This document shows positions 27,711 to 37,294 of a stretch of 64,000 bases of DNA, one piece after another. How positions within the stretch are numbered: the stretch's first letter is position 1; each line of letters starts with the position of its first letter. Origin of the DNA: Minisyncoccia bacterium (GTDB lineage: Bacteria; Patescibacteriota; Minisyncoccia; Phycocordibacterales; UBA918); NCBI GenBank assembly GCA_046598345.1, contig JBKJIT010000004.1:69702-133701 (forward strand), in the 5' to 3' direction. The position numbers and the translations under genes are program-made. The notes under the pieces are model-generated. The model had not been told where the DNA came from, made no database searches, and saw nothing but the letters and a program-made list of their open reading frames with translations.

Positions 27711-28599
27711 AGTAAAACGGGTAATACGTCTGGCGCTTTTTTGTGTGGGAATATTAGCCCTCGTGTATTTTTTTGAAGGAGTCATAGGTCGATTAGGTGC
27801 CGTTATTACGACTCCGATGTACGCAGTTACAAGCTGGTTTCATGAATCAACAGCACCGCTCCCACAGTATCTCCGCGATCGGAGCGAACTCCTCAGTGAA
27901 ATTGACCGACTGAAGAAAGAGCTCGCTGCACGAACGGGCAGTGATGCAGTCATAGGCCGCCTCGCAGGTGAAAATGAGGCGCTAAGGTCACTCCTTGGGA
28001 ATGGGGATGAGAGTCCCCGCATTGCAGCAGGAGTGATTGCACGACCTCCAGGTATTCCATACGATGCACTTCTTATTGATCAGGGAAGCGTGGATGGTAT
28101 TGAGGAAGGTACGGTCGTGTACCATGCGCACGATGAGACGATTGGATTTGTAAGTAAAGTGTTTGAAAAAAGTGCGCTCGTTACCTTATTTTCCACACCG
28201 GGTGTAAAGGGAACTGCGTACATTTTTGGTCCAAACATTTTTGTGCGAATGTTTGGAGAGGGGGGTGGCGTTTTAAGACTCAGTGTTCCTCAAGGAATTT
28301 CGATTAAGGTAGGTGACGTCGTTGTGCTCCCCACCCTTGAGGCAGGAATTTTGGGGCTCGTGAGTGAGGTGCGATCGGTTCCTACGGAACCTGAACAGGA
28401 AGCATTTGTGACCTTCGAACGTCCGATTCAGTCTATATACCGTGTCGCAGTAAGTACGCGGAAACTCGAAAGCATCACCTTTGAGGAAGCTGAACGTTTT
28501 ATTGCTGCATGGGAATACCATGCGCTAGGAATTGATATTCCTATAACGCCGTATCCCACCCAGGGCGCCACAAGTAGCACAAGTACAGCCCCACAATAA
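27682..28599 (+). CDS. mreC: Rod shape-determining protein MreC
   Basis: N-terminal TM, coiled coil (LLSEIDRLKKELAA), beta-rich C-terminal domain; start chosen at Met 27682 overlapping the mreB end. Confidence 0.7.
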   Translation: MKGNSPQNSRVKRVIRLALFCVGILALVYFFEGVIGRLGAVITTPMYAVTSWFHESTAPLPQYLRDRSELLSEIDRLKKELAARTGSDAVIGRLAGENEALRSLLGNGDESPRIAAGVIARPPGIPYDALLIDQGSVDGIEEGTVVYHAHDETIGFVSKVFEKSALVTLFSTPGVKGTAYIFGPNIFVRMFGEGGGVLRLSVPQGISIKVGDVVVLPTLEAGILGLVSEVRSVPTEPEQEAFVTFERPIQSIYRVAVSTRKLESITFEEAERFIAAWEYHALGIDIPITPYPTQGATSSTSTAPQ

Positions 28600-28602
28600 C
28601 CT

Positions 28603-28857
28603 ATGCGTGTTTCACTCTTCATCCTTTTTATAGTCTCTATCTTCTTCTTTCCGCTGTCACTTACGCTTATTTTTGGATTTATCTATGCGTGCCTGTATGC
28701 TGGATATGAGCTCGTTGTGATTGGGGCCTTTGTCGATGCAACGTTTGGTCAGAGCGGAGGAACAAACATACCCCTCTACACACTTTCATTGACCGGAGTG
28801 ACGCTCGCGGCACTCGTAATTGTGCCGTATCTCAATATTCGATTTCGTAACCCATGA
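28603..28857 (+). CDS. mreD: MreD-like small membrane protein
   Basis: 84 aa, two or three TM helices, positioned between mreC and PBP2. Confidence 0.4.
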   Translation: MRVSLFILFIVSIFFFPLSLTLIFGFIYACLYAGYELVVIGAFVDATFGQSGGTNIPLYTLSLTGVTLAALVIVPYLNIRFRNP

Positions 28858-30542
28858 GATTTTTTAAGAAAAAAAGGAAGGCCGAAATTTCATTCGATGA
28901 GATTCTTCTCGATTCATCAAATTTACCCTCGTTTAATGTAAGTCGCATGGAGGGTCGTATCGAACTGCCACTTGCGGAAAAGAACATTGCAATTGTGGGT
29001 GTCCTTTTTGGTATTATTGCCCTCGTATTTTTTTCACAGACATATAAGTTGCAGATCATAGAAGGAGCGACCCTCACGGAAAAGAGCAATGCAAATATGC
29101 TTGCGGAGAGTCTGATTGTCGCCCCACGTGGCACTGTGTATGACCGGATGGGTGAACTTGTGGCATGGAATGAAATTGATCAAACAGGGCAGTATGATTT
29201 CCCGGTTCGTGCATATACCGACCGGCGCGGATTCGGCCAACTTATTGGGTATGTGAGCTATCCGCAGAAGGATTCTTCTGGGTTCTATTTCAGAAATGAA
29301 TACATTGGCCGAAATGGGGTTGAGGAAACGTATAACGATATCCTGGCTGGAATAAATGGTGAACGAAATGTGGAAATGAATGCGCTTGGCGAAGTTATTT
29401 CTGAAAATAAAGTACATAGTGAAATACCTGGAAAAGAAATTACGTTATCAATCGACGCAGCACTTAGTGAAGTGATGTATGACCTCATAGCAACAACGAC
29501 AGAGACAAATGGGTTCCGGTCGGGTGCTGGAGCGATTATGAACGTGCATACGGGAGAAATTATCGCGCTTTCCAGTTTCCCATCCTACGATCCTGAAGTC
29601 CTTGCAGACGGTGATGAAGTGGCGCTCATTAATTCGTACAATGCCGATTCACGGTTTCCGTTTTTAAATAAAGTTGTGGGGGGCGCATATGTTCCGGGCT
29701 CTATTGTTAAGCCTTTTATGGCGTACGGAGCGCTTAAAGAGAACATCATTGATCCTATGAAGATCATTGTGAGTAATGGTGCGCTCGTGCTGCCGAATAA
29801 GTATGATCCAGAAAAACCCACGGTCTTTAAGGACTGGCGAGTGCAAGGCCCCATGACAATGCGGGACGCAATAGCGTATTCCTCGAATGTGTATTTCTAC
29901 ACGATTGGAGGCGGGTTTGAAGGGCAGGAGGGGCTCGGAATCACACGCATATATAAGTACATGAAACTCTTCGGTCTCGGAGAAAAAACAGGCATCGCGC
30001 TTTCAGGTGAACAAAAAGGAACGGTTCCAAATCCTGAGTGGAAAGAAAAGATATTTCATGATGATTGGCGACTCGGGGACACGTACCACACCTCAATCGG
30101 GCAGTATGGTTTCCAGACTACGCCCCTTCAAATGCTTCGCGCATACGCGGCGATCGCCAATGAAGGTACGCTCGTCACGCCACACGTTGTTAAAGGTGAG
30201 CAGGGTGCAGAGAAAGACATTGCACTTGATCTAGGTGATCTTAAAGTGGTTACCGACGGCATGCGACAAACTGTAATTCAAAATGGGGGTACTGCTCGTT
30301 CACTTGAACGAAAGGATCTTGCGATTGCTGCTAAATCAGGGACTGCTGAGCTTGGAAATGATAACGCGCAGGTAAACTCTTGGATTGCTGGGTATTTCCC
30401 GTATGAGAAACCTGAATATGCCTTTGTTCTTTTCATGGAAAATGGCCCAAGGTCAAATATGGTTGGTGCAGGGTCGGTGATGGGAAAGGTTTTTGATTGG
30501 ATGGCTACAAACCGCCCCGAATATTTTGAACAAAGCCTGTAA
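28854..30542 (+). CDS. mrdA: Penicillin-binding protein 2 (elongasome transpeptidase)
   Basis: SxxK 'SIVKPF', SxN 'SSN', KTG 'KSGTA'; follows mreBCD. Confidence 0.8.
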   Translation: MRFFKKKRKAEISFDEILLDSSNLPSFNVSRMEGRIELPLAEKNIAIVGVLFGIIALVFFSQTYKLQIIEGATLTEKSNANMLAESLIVAPRGTVYDRMGELVAWNEIDQTGQYDFPVRAYTDRRGFGQLIGYVSYPQKDSSGFYFRNEYIGRNGVEETYNDILAGINGERNVEMNALGEVISENKVHSEIPGKEITLSIDAALSEVMYDLIATTTETNGFRSGAGAIMNVHTGEIIALSSFPSYDPEVLADGDEVALINSYNADSRFPFLNKVVGGAYVPGSIVKPFMAYGALKENIIDPMKIIVSNGALVLPNKYDPEKPTVFKDWRVQGPMTMRDAIAYSSNVYFYTIGGGFEGQEGLGITRIYKYMKLFGLGEKTGIALSGEQKGTVPNPEWKEKIFHDDWRLGDTYHTSIGQYGFQTTPLQMLRAYAAIANEGTLVTPHVVKGEQGAEKDIALDLGDLKVVTDGMRQTVIQNGGTARSLERKDLAIAAKSGTAELGNDNAQVNSWIAGYFPYEKPEYAFVLFMENGPRSNMVGAGSVMGKVFDWMATNRPEYFEQSL

Positions 30543-30641
30543 ATGTGTGCAGCTCTTTGTTGCACTCCGCTAAATAATTTTCAGCGTATAGAAATACGTC
30601 TCAAATACTGTTGCTCGTACGCGCAGTCTCCACAAATGTAC
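30539..30641 (+). repeat. Stop-codon-adjacent hairpin-flanked element, copy F (after mrdA)
   Basis: CAGCTCTTTGTTGCACTCCGC...CGTATAGAAATACG...CTCGTACGCGCAG, flanked by gtaaatgtgtgcag / ctccacaaatgtac imperfect inverted repeat that includes the TAA stop. Confidence 0.5.
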
Positions 30642-30822
30642 GGGCTTTGATGAGATGTTTCCCTAAACGAGAGTCATTTCTATGGGTGTTTGACTTACAT
30701 CCACCGCTACGTATAATTGTTGCAATCCGTTAGAGATTTTTGAGAAACGTGAGGACGTTTTAAGAGGTTAACGGGACATTAGTCATCACAACGGATCTCT
30801 AACACATAACGTAAAAAAAATT

Positions 30823-31296
30823 ATGACAGAGCCACATGATTCATTTCTAACACAAGAGAAGTTTGAACAGCTTAAAGCGGAGCTCGAACATTTGAAGACG
30901 GTGCGAAGAAAGGAAGTGGCAGAATCGCTTGAGTACGCACGAAGCTTGGGAGATCTCTCAGAAAATGCTGAGTACCAAGAAGCACGCGATATGCAGGTAG
31001 CGATCGAAGAGCGCATTCAGTATCTCGAGAAAGTGATCAAGGAGGCGAAGATTGTGGCACACATAACGAAGGGTGATGTTGTTGGTCTGGGCTCTCTTGT
31101 AACAATTCAAAAAGCAGATACGCCGGAAAGTCGTTCATATACGATTGTTGGTTCAGAAGAGGCAAACATTCATGAGCACAAACTCTCATACCTTTCTCCA
31201 CTCGGAGAAGCGCTCATGGGAAAGGCGAAAGGAGACGACTTCGAATTTGTCACGCCAAACGGAAAGCAGAACTACAAGATACTTAAAGTCAGTTAG
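30823..31296 (+). CDS. greA: Transcription elongation factor GreA
   Basis: 'LTQEKFEQLKAELEHLKTVRRKEVAESLEYARSLGDLSENAEYQEARDMQ' coiled-coil plus FKBP-like C-terminal domain. Confidence 0.9.
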   Translation: MTEPHDSFLTQEKFEQLKAELEHLKTVRRKEVAESLEYARSLGDLSENAEYQEARDMQVAIEERIQYLEKVIKEAKIVAHITKGDVVGLGSLVTIQKADTPESRSYTIVGSEEANIHEHKLSYLSPLGEALMGKAKGDDFEFVTPNGKQNYKILKVS

Positions 31297-31304
31297 AAAT
31301 GATG

Positions 31305-31342
31305 AAAAGCACCGGCGACAAAGTCGCCGGTGCTTTTCATTT
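31305..31342 (+). terminator. Rho-independent terminator after greA
   Basis: agcaccggcgac-aa-gtcgccggtgct + TTTCATTTTC. Confidence 0.8.
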
Positions 31343-31369
31343 TCTTCATAAAACGATACTATAACGGTC

Positions 31370-32824
31370 ATGTCCGGACTTGATGATATGCGCGCTGAGC
31401 GCGTGAAGAAACTCAACTTGCTAACAGCACGAGGAATTAATCCGTATCCTGCACGAAGTAGCCGGACACACACTATAGCGGACGCACTCGCAGGATTTGA
31501 ATTACTCGCCGCGAAGGGCGACGCAATTGTGCTCGCCGGACGCATTATGGTGGTGCGAGGGCAGGGTGCAATCTTCTTTGCAGATTTTGATGATGGAACG
31601 GGAAGATTTCAGGCTGTACTTAAGGAAGATGAAATGGACAAGGAAAAGTTTGATCTTTTCAAAGATGCTATCGATGCGGGTGATTTTGTAGAAATCACAG
31701 GCACACTCTTTGTTACCCAAAAAGGTCAGCAATCCATTCTCGTGAAGGATTGGACGATCCTTACGAAAAGCCTTTTACCGCTTCCAGATAAATACCACGG
31801 TCTGCAAAATGAGGAAGAACGTTTTCGAAAGCGATATCTTGATTTACTGGTAAATCCTGAACTTCGCGAAATGTTTGCACGCAAAGAAAAATTCTGGCAT
31901 GTAACGCGCTCATTCATGAAAGCAAAAGGTTTTCTCGAAGTGGAAACGCCAACACTCGAGCTTACGACTGGCGGAGCAGAGGCCCGGCCGTTTAAGACGC
32001 ACCACAATGATTTTGACATTGATGTATTCCTCCGTATTTCTGTTGGAGAACTTTGGCAGAAGCGCCTTATGGCGGCAGGATTTCCAAAGACATTTGAAAT
32101 TGGACGCACTTTTAGAAATGAAGGTACGAGCCCCAACCATCTACAAGAATTTACCAACATGGAATTCTATGAGGCTTATGCAAATTATGAAAACGGAATG
32201 GATCTCGTGGAAGAACTGTATACGACGATTGCAAAAGAGGTGTACGGGAGAACGGAGTTTACGCACGGGGATCATACATTTGATTTGAGTAGCGAATGGG
32301 TACGTGTTTCGTATAGTGAAGAGATTCTTCGCCAGACTGGGATTGATACAGTCTCCGCAACGGAGGATGAAATTAAAGATACACTCCGCGAGCTCAATGT
32401 GTCATACGAAGGGGATACCAAAGAACGACTCCTTGATACACTTTGGAAATATTGCAGAAAAAATATTGCCGGCCCTGCGTTTCTCGTCAACCATCCAAAG
32501 CTTGTTTCTCCACTCGCGAAAGAAGTTGAAGGTGACGAAACAAGTACACAAAGGTTTCAGCCGATCATTGCTGGTACCGAGGTGGGGAATGGATATTCAG
32601 AACTAAATAATCCTGAAGAGCAGCGTAAACGATTCGAGGTGCAACAGGATCTCCTCAAAGGAGGTGATGAGGAAGCGATGATGGCGGATCATGAATTTAT
32701 TGAAATGCTCGAACATGGTATGCCACCTGCGTGCGGATTTGGTTTTGGTGAACGACTTTTTGCAATTTTAGAAGGGAAGCCAATCCGAGAGACACAGCTG
32801 TTTCCGCTCATGCGTCCTAAATAA
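31370..32824 (+). CDS. lysS: Lysine--tRNA ligase (class II)
   Basis: OB-fold N-terminal domain, class II motifs (FLEVETP, FRNEG, GFGFGERL). Confidence 0.9.
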   Translation: MSGLDDMRAERVKKLNLLTARGINPYPARSSRTHTIADALAGFELLAAKGDAIVLAGRIMVVRGQGAIFFADFDDGTGRFQAVLKEDEMDKEKFDLFKDAIDAGDFVEITGTLFVTQKGQQSILVKDWTILTKSLLPLPDKYHGLQNEEERFRKRYLDLLVNPELREMFARKEKFWHVTRSFMKAKGFLEVETPTLELTTGGAEARPFKTHHNDFDIDVFLRISVGELWQKRLMAAGFPKTFEIGRTFRNEGTSPNHLQEFTNMEFYEAYANYENGMDLVEELYTTIAKEVYGRTEFTHGDHTFDLSSEWVRVSYSEEILRQTGIDTVSATEDEIKDTLRELNVSYEGDTKERLLDTLWKYCRKNIAGPAFLVNHPKLVSPLAKEVEGDETSTQRFQPIIAGTEVGNGYSELNNPEEQRKRFEVQQDLLKGGDEEAMMADHEFIEMLEHGMPPACGFGFGERLFAILEGKPIRETQLFPLMRPK

Positions 32825-32925
32825 GCAAATGCACTAATCTGCTTCGTTGTCTTTTTTTTGCTTAAACAGTCACCGTATACGCATACGCCTCTTGTTTGTT
32901 TCGACGCATTGCATCGCATCAGATT
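32825..32925 (+). repeat. Stop-codon-adjacent conserved element, copy E (after lysS)
   Basis: GCTTCGTTGTC...CAGTCACCGTATACGCATACGCCTCTTG closely resembles copy A (CAGTCATCGTATAGTTTTATACGCCTCCTG); flanking inverted repeat is weak here. Confidence 0.4.
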
Positions 32926-33036
32926 TTTCGTATTTTGAACAGAAATTGACATTCTATATAAATATTGTATCATATTGTCAGGTGCACTTCTATATTAGTA
33001 GTAAACCCTGTTTCCAATCTTTAATAGGAGGACGTA

Positions 33037-33681
33037 ATGTCCACAACAAGTATCCTGCAGCGTCCGCAAGGGTCAGTCTTTATGGCTCTCTTTTCGGCAG
33101 ACGGCCTCGGTGTTGCTACAGGCTTCAGTCCTGGTGATGGCCCCAAAAAATTAGGGGTACGAAAATTGTTCGGTGGCGAAATGGAGGATGAGGACTTCGC
33201 ACTTTCACAAAGCGTGGAGGAGGGAATACGGGTCTGTGTCTTCCGCGAACTCCTTCAGGAGGCGGGTGTAAGAGAGACTAATCTTCAGTTTTTTGCACCG
33301 GCCTACGTCCAAAAAGTCTCCGGCACTAATCGTAGGACAGGCAAGGACTATGCATACGAGAATCATACGTGGCTCGGCGTTGCAGAAGAAGGACTGGTGT
33401 TGCCGAGCGAAGTCGAGGACAGGGCGGAGATGCTTGATCGACGATTTGATCCAGTCCCAGATGTACTCAAATCATACGGGTTGGAACACGGACACAAGGA
33501 AAAGTTCAATCCGTACCATGCAATCGCCCTCGTACGCTGCCTTATCAAGCTCGAAAAGTTACTTGGCAGAAGCTCAGAAGGAACTCCATTCCACCGCATG
33601 ATGGAAGACATGAGACGGCGTATGAATCTGGATTCTCTTACAGAGGAGATTCAAGACAAGATCAACGCACGCTTCGTGTGA
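33037..33681 (+). CDS. hypothetical protein (possible degenerate Nudix-like)
   Basis: 214 aa; 'GGEMEDEDFALSQSVEEGIRVCVFRELLQEAGV' partially fits a Nudix box (RELLQEAG); weak. Confidence 0.3.
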   Translation: MSTTSILQRPQGSVFMALFSADGLGVATGFSPGDGPKKLGVRKLFGGEMEDEDFALSQSVEEGIRVCVFRELLQEAGVRETNLQFFAPAYVQKVSGTNRRTGKDYAYENHTWLGVAEEGLVLPSEVEDRAEMLDRRFDPVPDVLKSYGLEHGHKEKFNPYHAIALVRCLIKLEKLLGRSSEGTPFHRMMEDMRRRMNLDSLTEEIQDKINARFV

Positions 33682-33697
33682 TCAACCTCAGAACTCC

Positions 33698-33731
33698 AGA
33701 CGCTCGCCCTCAGGGACGAGCGTCTTTTTTT
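33698..33731 (+). terminator. Rho-independent terminator
   Basis: agacgctcgccc-tcag-ggacgagcgtct + TTTTTTT. Confidence 0.8.
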
Positions 33732-33871
33732 ATTCATATCTTCTTCATACTACGGTGTGTATAACTATGGCGTAGGGTGGGATGGAGTGGTATATAATGT
33801 ACTTGTGGTGGGAGATAGTGGTATACTGTAGAAATGCAGTTAATCAGTATCAAGTTTGAACAATCATTCAC

Positions 33872-34309
33872 ATGTTGATTGGAGAGTACACACATAATAT
33901 CGATGCCAAGAAACGGCTGTCCTTACCTTCTAAATGGAGGAAGGAACTTGGTAAGAAGCTAGTGGTTACTCGGGGGCTTGATAACTGTCTCTTTGTATAT
34001 CCCTTGAAGGAGTGGGAGAAGATCACCTTAAAAATTGGTCAACTCCCGCTCGGACAAGCGGATACACGTGGGTTCAATCGATTCTTCCTTTCGGGAGCAG
34101 TCGAGGTGGAGGTAGATAGTGTCGGACGAATTCTTGTTCCGGATTTCTTAAAGGTATTCGCAAAGTTGCAAGAAGGAAAAGTAGTTCTTGCAGGAATACA
34201 TGATCGTATAGAAATTTGGGAAGAGAAGCACTGGACTGAATACAAACGAAACATTGAGGAGCAGGCTGATGCACTTGCTGAAAAACTCGGCGAAATAGGC
34301 ATTCTCTAA
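33872..34309 (+). CDS. mraZ: Transcriptional regulator MraZ
   Basis: 145 aa, duplicated SpoVT/AbrB-like halves, 'DAKKRLSLPSKWRKEL' and 'EVDSVGRILVPDFL'. Confidence 0.9.
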   Translation: MLIGEYTHNIDAKKRLSLPSKWRKELGKKLVVTRGLDNCLFVYPLKEWEKITLKIGQLPLGQADTRGFNRFFLSGAVEVEVDSVGRILVPDFLKVFAKLQEGKVVLAGIHDRIEIWEEKHWTEYKRNIEEQADALAEKLGEIGIL

Positions 34310-34336
34310 AGACGCGACCAAAAAGTTTCAGAAAGA

Positions 34337-35227
34337 TTGTATATGGAAGAACAGAAACACATCACGGTATTCAGGAACGAGGCAGTCGACGCACTTCGTC
34401 TAAGCCCAGATTCAACGGTAGTTGATGCCACTGTGGGGAGCGGAGGACATACTCAACATATAACATCCAAGCTCGACGAGCGTGGACTTTTTATTGGCTT
34501 AGACGCCGATAAAACTGCACTCGATGCACTTTCAAAGCTCGAGACAAAGGCAACCGTCTATCTTGAAGTTGCAAACTTCAGAAACATCGACGCAGTACTC
34601 AAAAAATTAGAGATTGACGGAGTTGACGGCATTCTCGCAGACCTCGGGTGGCGAATCGAGCAGTTTAGTGGGGGAGGGAAAGGGTTTTCATTCAATGACG
34701 ATGAGCCCCTCCGTATGACCTATGGAGACCCGGGAAGCTACCCCTTTACAGCAGAGGACATAGTGAATGATTGGCATGAAGAAGATCTCGAGAATGTGCT
34801 CAAGGGATACGGTGAAGAACGTTCCTACAAAAAAATTGTGCGCACTATCGTGGAAGGCCGAGAAAAAAAACGAATTTCAACCTCAAAAGAACTTGGAGAA
34901 CTCATAGAAAAAGCGATGGGGAGGCGTGGAAAGATTCATCCAGCGACGAAGACCTTCCAGGCACTCCGTATTGCGGTGAACGATGAACTCGACGCACTAA
35001 GTGAACTCATCCAAAAGGGATTCATCGCACTTAAGTCTGGGGGACGAATGGCGATCATTACGTTCCATAGTCTTGAAGATCGAATTGTGAAGCAGGCTTT
35101 CCGGGCCTACGAAAAAGAGATGTGTGCGCAAATACTCACGAAGAAACCGATCGTACCAAGTAGGGAAGAGCAAAAGGAAAATAGACGCGCACGAAGTGCA
35201 AAACTACGAATACTTGAAAAACTATGA
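34337..35227 (+). CDS. rsmH: 16S rRNA (cytosine1402-N4)-methyltransferase
   Basis: 'DATVGSGGHTQHI' SAM motif, 'ITFHSLEDRIVK'. Confidence 0.9.
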   Translation: MYMEEQKHITVFRNEAVDALRLSPDSTVVDATVGSGGHTQHITSKLDERGLFIGLDADKTALDALSKLETKATVYLEVANFRNIDAVLKKLEIDGVDGILADLGWRIEQFSGGGKGFSFNDDEPLRMTYGDPGSYPFTAEDIVNDWHEEDLENVLKGYGEERSYKKIVRTIVEGREKKRISTSKELGELIEKAMGRRGKIHPATKTFQALRIAVNDELDALSELIQKGFIALKSGGRMAIITFHSLEDRIVKQAFRAYEKEMCAQILTKKPIVPSREEQKENRRARSAKLRILEKL

Positions 35228-35544
35228 GAACTAAAGCAATAGCATTATATAGAGAGGAACGAAGATGGCTTTTTGGAGCACTCATCTTTGTGGCGTTTTC
35301 CTCAATGGCATACATGTATTTTCTTTGCGCCTCCGTATCGCATGTGGTTATGCGGAAAGAGCTGGGCAAGGACATTTCTGAACTCTCCTCAAACATAAGT
35401 GAACTTGAATCTACGTATATCCTTGCGCAGCATGCGGTGAGCGCTGATATCGCCTATTTACGTGGATACACACTCACTGATTCGAAGATTTTTATTGACC
35501 CAGCTGCTCCAACCGTTGCGTTGGGAAAGAACAACGACAGCTGA
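35224..35544 (+). CDS. ftsL: FtsL-like cell-division membrane protein
   Basis: 106 aa, single TM then coiled coil, position between rsmH and ftsI. Confidence 0.45.
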   Translation: MRTKAIALYREERRWLFGALIFVAFSSMAYMYFLCASVSHVVMRKELGKDISELSSNISELESTYILAQHAVSADIAYLRGYTLTDSKIFIDPAAPTVALGKNNDS

Positions 35545-35574
35545 TTTAGCTATTGCATAGGGTAATATGTACCA

Positions 35575-37284
35575 ATGAGAGGAAGCGCCGTACAGAGGAT
35601 TCGAATAATCACGGGAGTGGTTATTTTTTGTATGCTCATCCTTATTGGGCGTCTCTACCATGTACAGGTTGCCAATGGGGACAGGTACAGGGAAGAGGCA
35701 GAAAGTCAGTATGTGCACACTGTGCGTGAGCTATTTAAACGCGGAAGTATCTTTTTTGAAACGAAAGACGGCGAGAAGGTCTCAGCTGCAACAGTGCAAT
35801 CTGGTTTTGTACTTGCGATTGACCCAACTCGCATAGAAGATGCCGAGGCGACGTATACGGCATTGAATGCCCTTATTCAACTTGATCATGATGAGTTCGT
35901 CTCAAGGGCGAGTCGAGAGGACAGGACCTATCAAGAAATAAAGCGGCAAGTGAGTAATGAGATTGCAGAAGCAATTAAGAAGCTTGAACTTACAGGTGTG
36001 TCACTCTATCGCGATGATTGGCGGTATTACCCTGGCGCCTCGCTTGCTGCACGCACCGTAGGGTTTGTAGGGTACCAAGGGGACTCGCTTGTTGGTAAGT
36101 ATGGTCTTGAGCGCTATTACGAAGATGTCCTCAAACGAGATAGCGAACGACTCTTTGTAAATTTCTTTGCAGAAATTTTTAGTAATTTTAGCAGTATGGT
36201 TTTTGACGCGGGAGAAGCGACACAGGGAGATATTGTTACTACGATTGAGCCGACGGTTGCGCGAATACTTGATAAGACACTTGAGGAAGTGAATGCGAAA
36301 TACGAGAGTGCGCTTACTGGTGGAATTATCATTAATCCTCAAAATGGGGAAGTGTATGCGCTTTCTGTTGCACCCGCATTTAATCTAAATGATCGTTCAT
36401 CCGTAGATATTCAGACCTTCAATAATCCACTTGTTGAAAATGTGTATGAACTTGGATCTATTATTAAAGCGCTAACCATGGCTGCGGGGATTGATGCCGG
36501 TGCTGTAATGCCATACTCGACCTACTACGATCCTGGATTTATCGAGCTTGATGGGCGCACCATAAATAACTTTGACAAGCGCGGCCGAGGCACGGTCGAC
36601 ATGCAAACAGTGCTCAATCAATCCCTCAACACTGGCGTTGCATATGTGGTAGCTAAGATGGGAAAAGATCGATTTCGAGAATACTTTACGAAACTGAAGC
36701 TGGGTACTGAAACAGGGATTGATCTTCCGAGTGAAGCACACGGTCTTGTTAAAAACTTACAGAGCCCGCGTGACGTTGAGTACGCAACGGCTTCTTTCGG
36801 TCAGGGAATTTCTTTGACTCCCATTGCTGCGACCCGGGCACTCTCAACGCTCGCTAATGGGGGGACACTCATCACCCCCCACATTGCCAAGCGGATTGAG
36901 TATGAGAACGGAAACGATCATGAAGTTGGTTTTCCACCCGGGGAACGTGTATTTAGTGAGAAAACGAGTGAGGAAATCACGAGTATGCTTGTCAATGTCG
37001 TCGACAAGGCTCTAAAAGGGGGGACTGTCGCCATGGAACACTACTCAATCGCTGCCAAAACGGGTACCGCCCAGATTTCAAATGAAGGAGGGAGGGGGTA
37101 TTCAGAGGATAAATTCCTACACTCATTTTTTGGCTATTTTCCCGCCTATGATCCGCAATTCCTCATTTTCCTGTATACTGTGGAGCCGAAGGGGGTCAAT
37201 TTCGCATCAGAAACCCTCACGGATCCCTTCATCGACTTGGCTCACTTTTTGATCAATTACTACAATATTCCGCCTGACAGATAA
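35575..37284 (+). CDS. ftsI: Peptidoglycan D,D-transpeptidase FtsI (PBP3)
   Basis: SxxK 'SIIK', SxN 'SLN', KTG 'KTGTA'; dcw-cluster position. Confidence 0.8.
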   Translation: MRGSAVQRIRIITGVVIFCMLILIGRLYHVQVANGDRYREEAESQYVHTVRELFKRGSIFFETKDGEKVSAATVQSGFVLAIDPTRIEDAEATYTALNALIQLDHDEFVSRASREDRTYQEIKRQVSNEIAEAIKKLELTGVSLYRDDWRYYPGASLAARTVGFVGYQGDSLVGKYGLERYYEDVLKRDSERLFVNFFAEIFSNFSSMVFDAGEATQGDIVTTIEPTVARILDKTLEEVNAKYESALTGGIIINPQNGEVYALSVAPAFNLNDRSSVDIQTFNNPLVENVYELGSIIKALTMAAGIDAGAVMPYSTYYDPGFIELDGRTINNFDKRGRGTVDMQTVLNQSLNTGVAYVVAKMGKDRFREYFTKLKLGTETGIDLPSEAHGLVKNLQSPRDVEYATASFGQGISLTPIAATRALSTLANGGTLITPHIAKRIEYENGNDHEVGFPPGERVFSEKTSEEITSMLVNVVDKALKGGTVAMEHYSIAAKTGTAQISNEGGRGYSEDKFLHSFFGYFPAYDPQFLIFLYTVEPKGVNFASETLTDPFIDLAHFLINYYNIPPDR

Positions 37285-37294
37285 GCACACTGGC

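Noticed and set aside
33037-33681. Nudix hydrolase call for the 214-aa protein
   Set aside because: The Nudix box matches only partially (RELLQEAG present, upstream Gx5E spacing not satisfied). It is kept as hypothetical with a low-confidence note.
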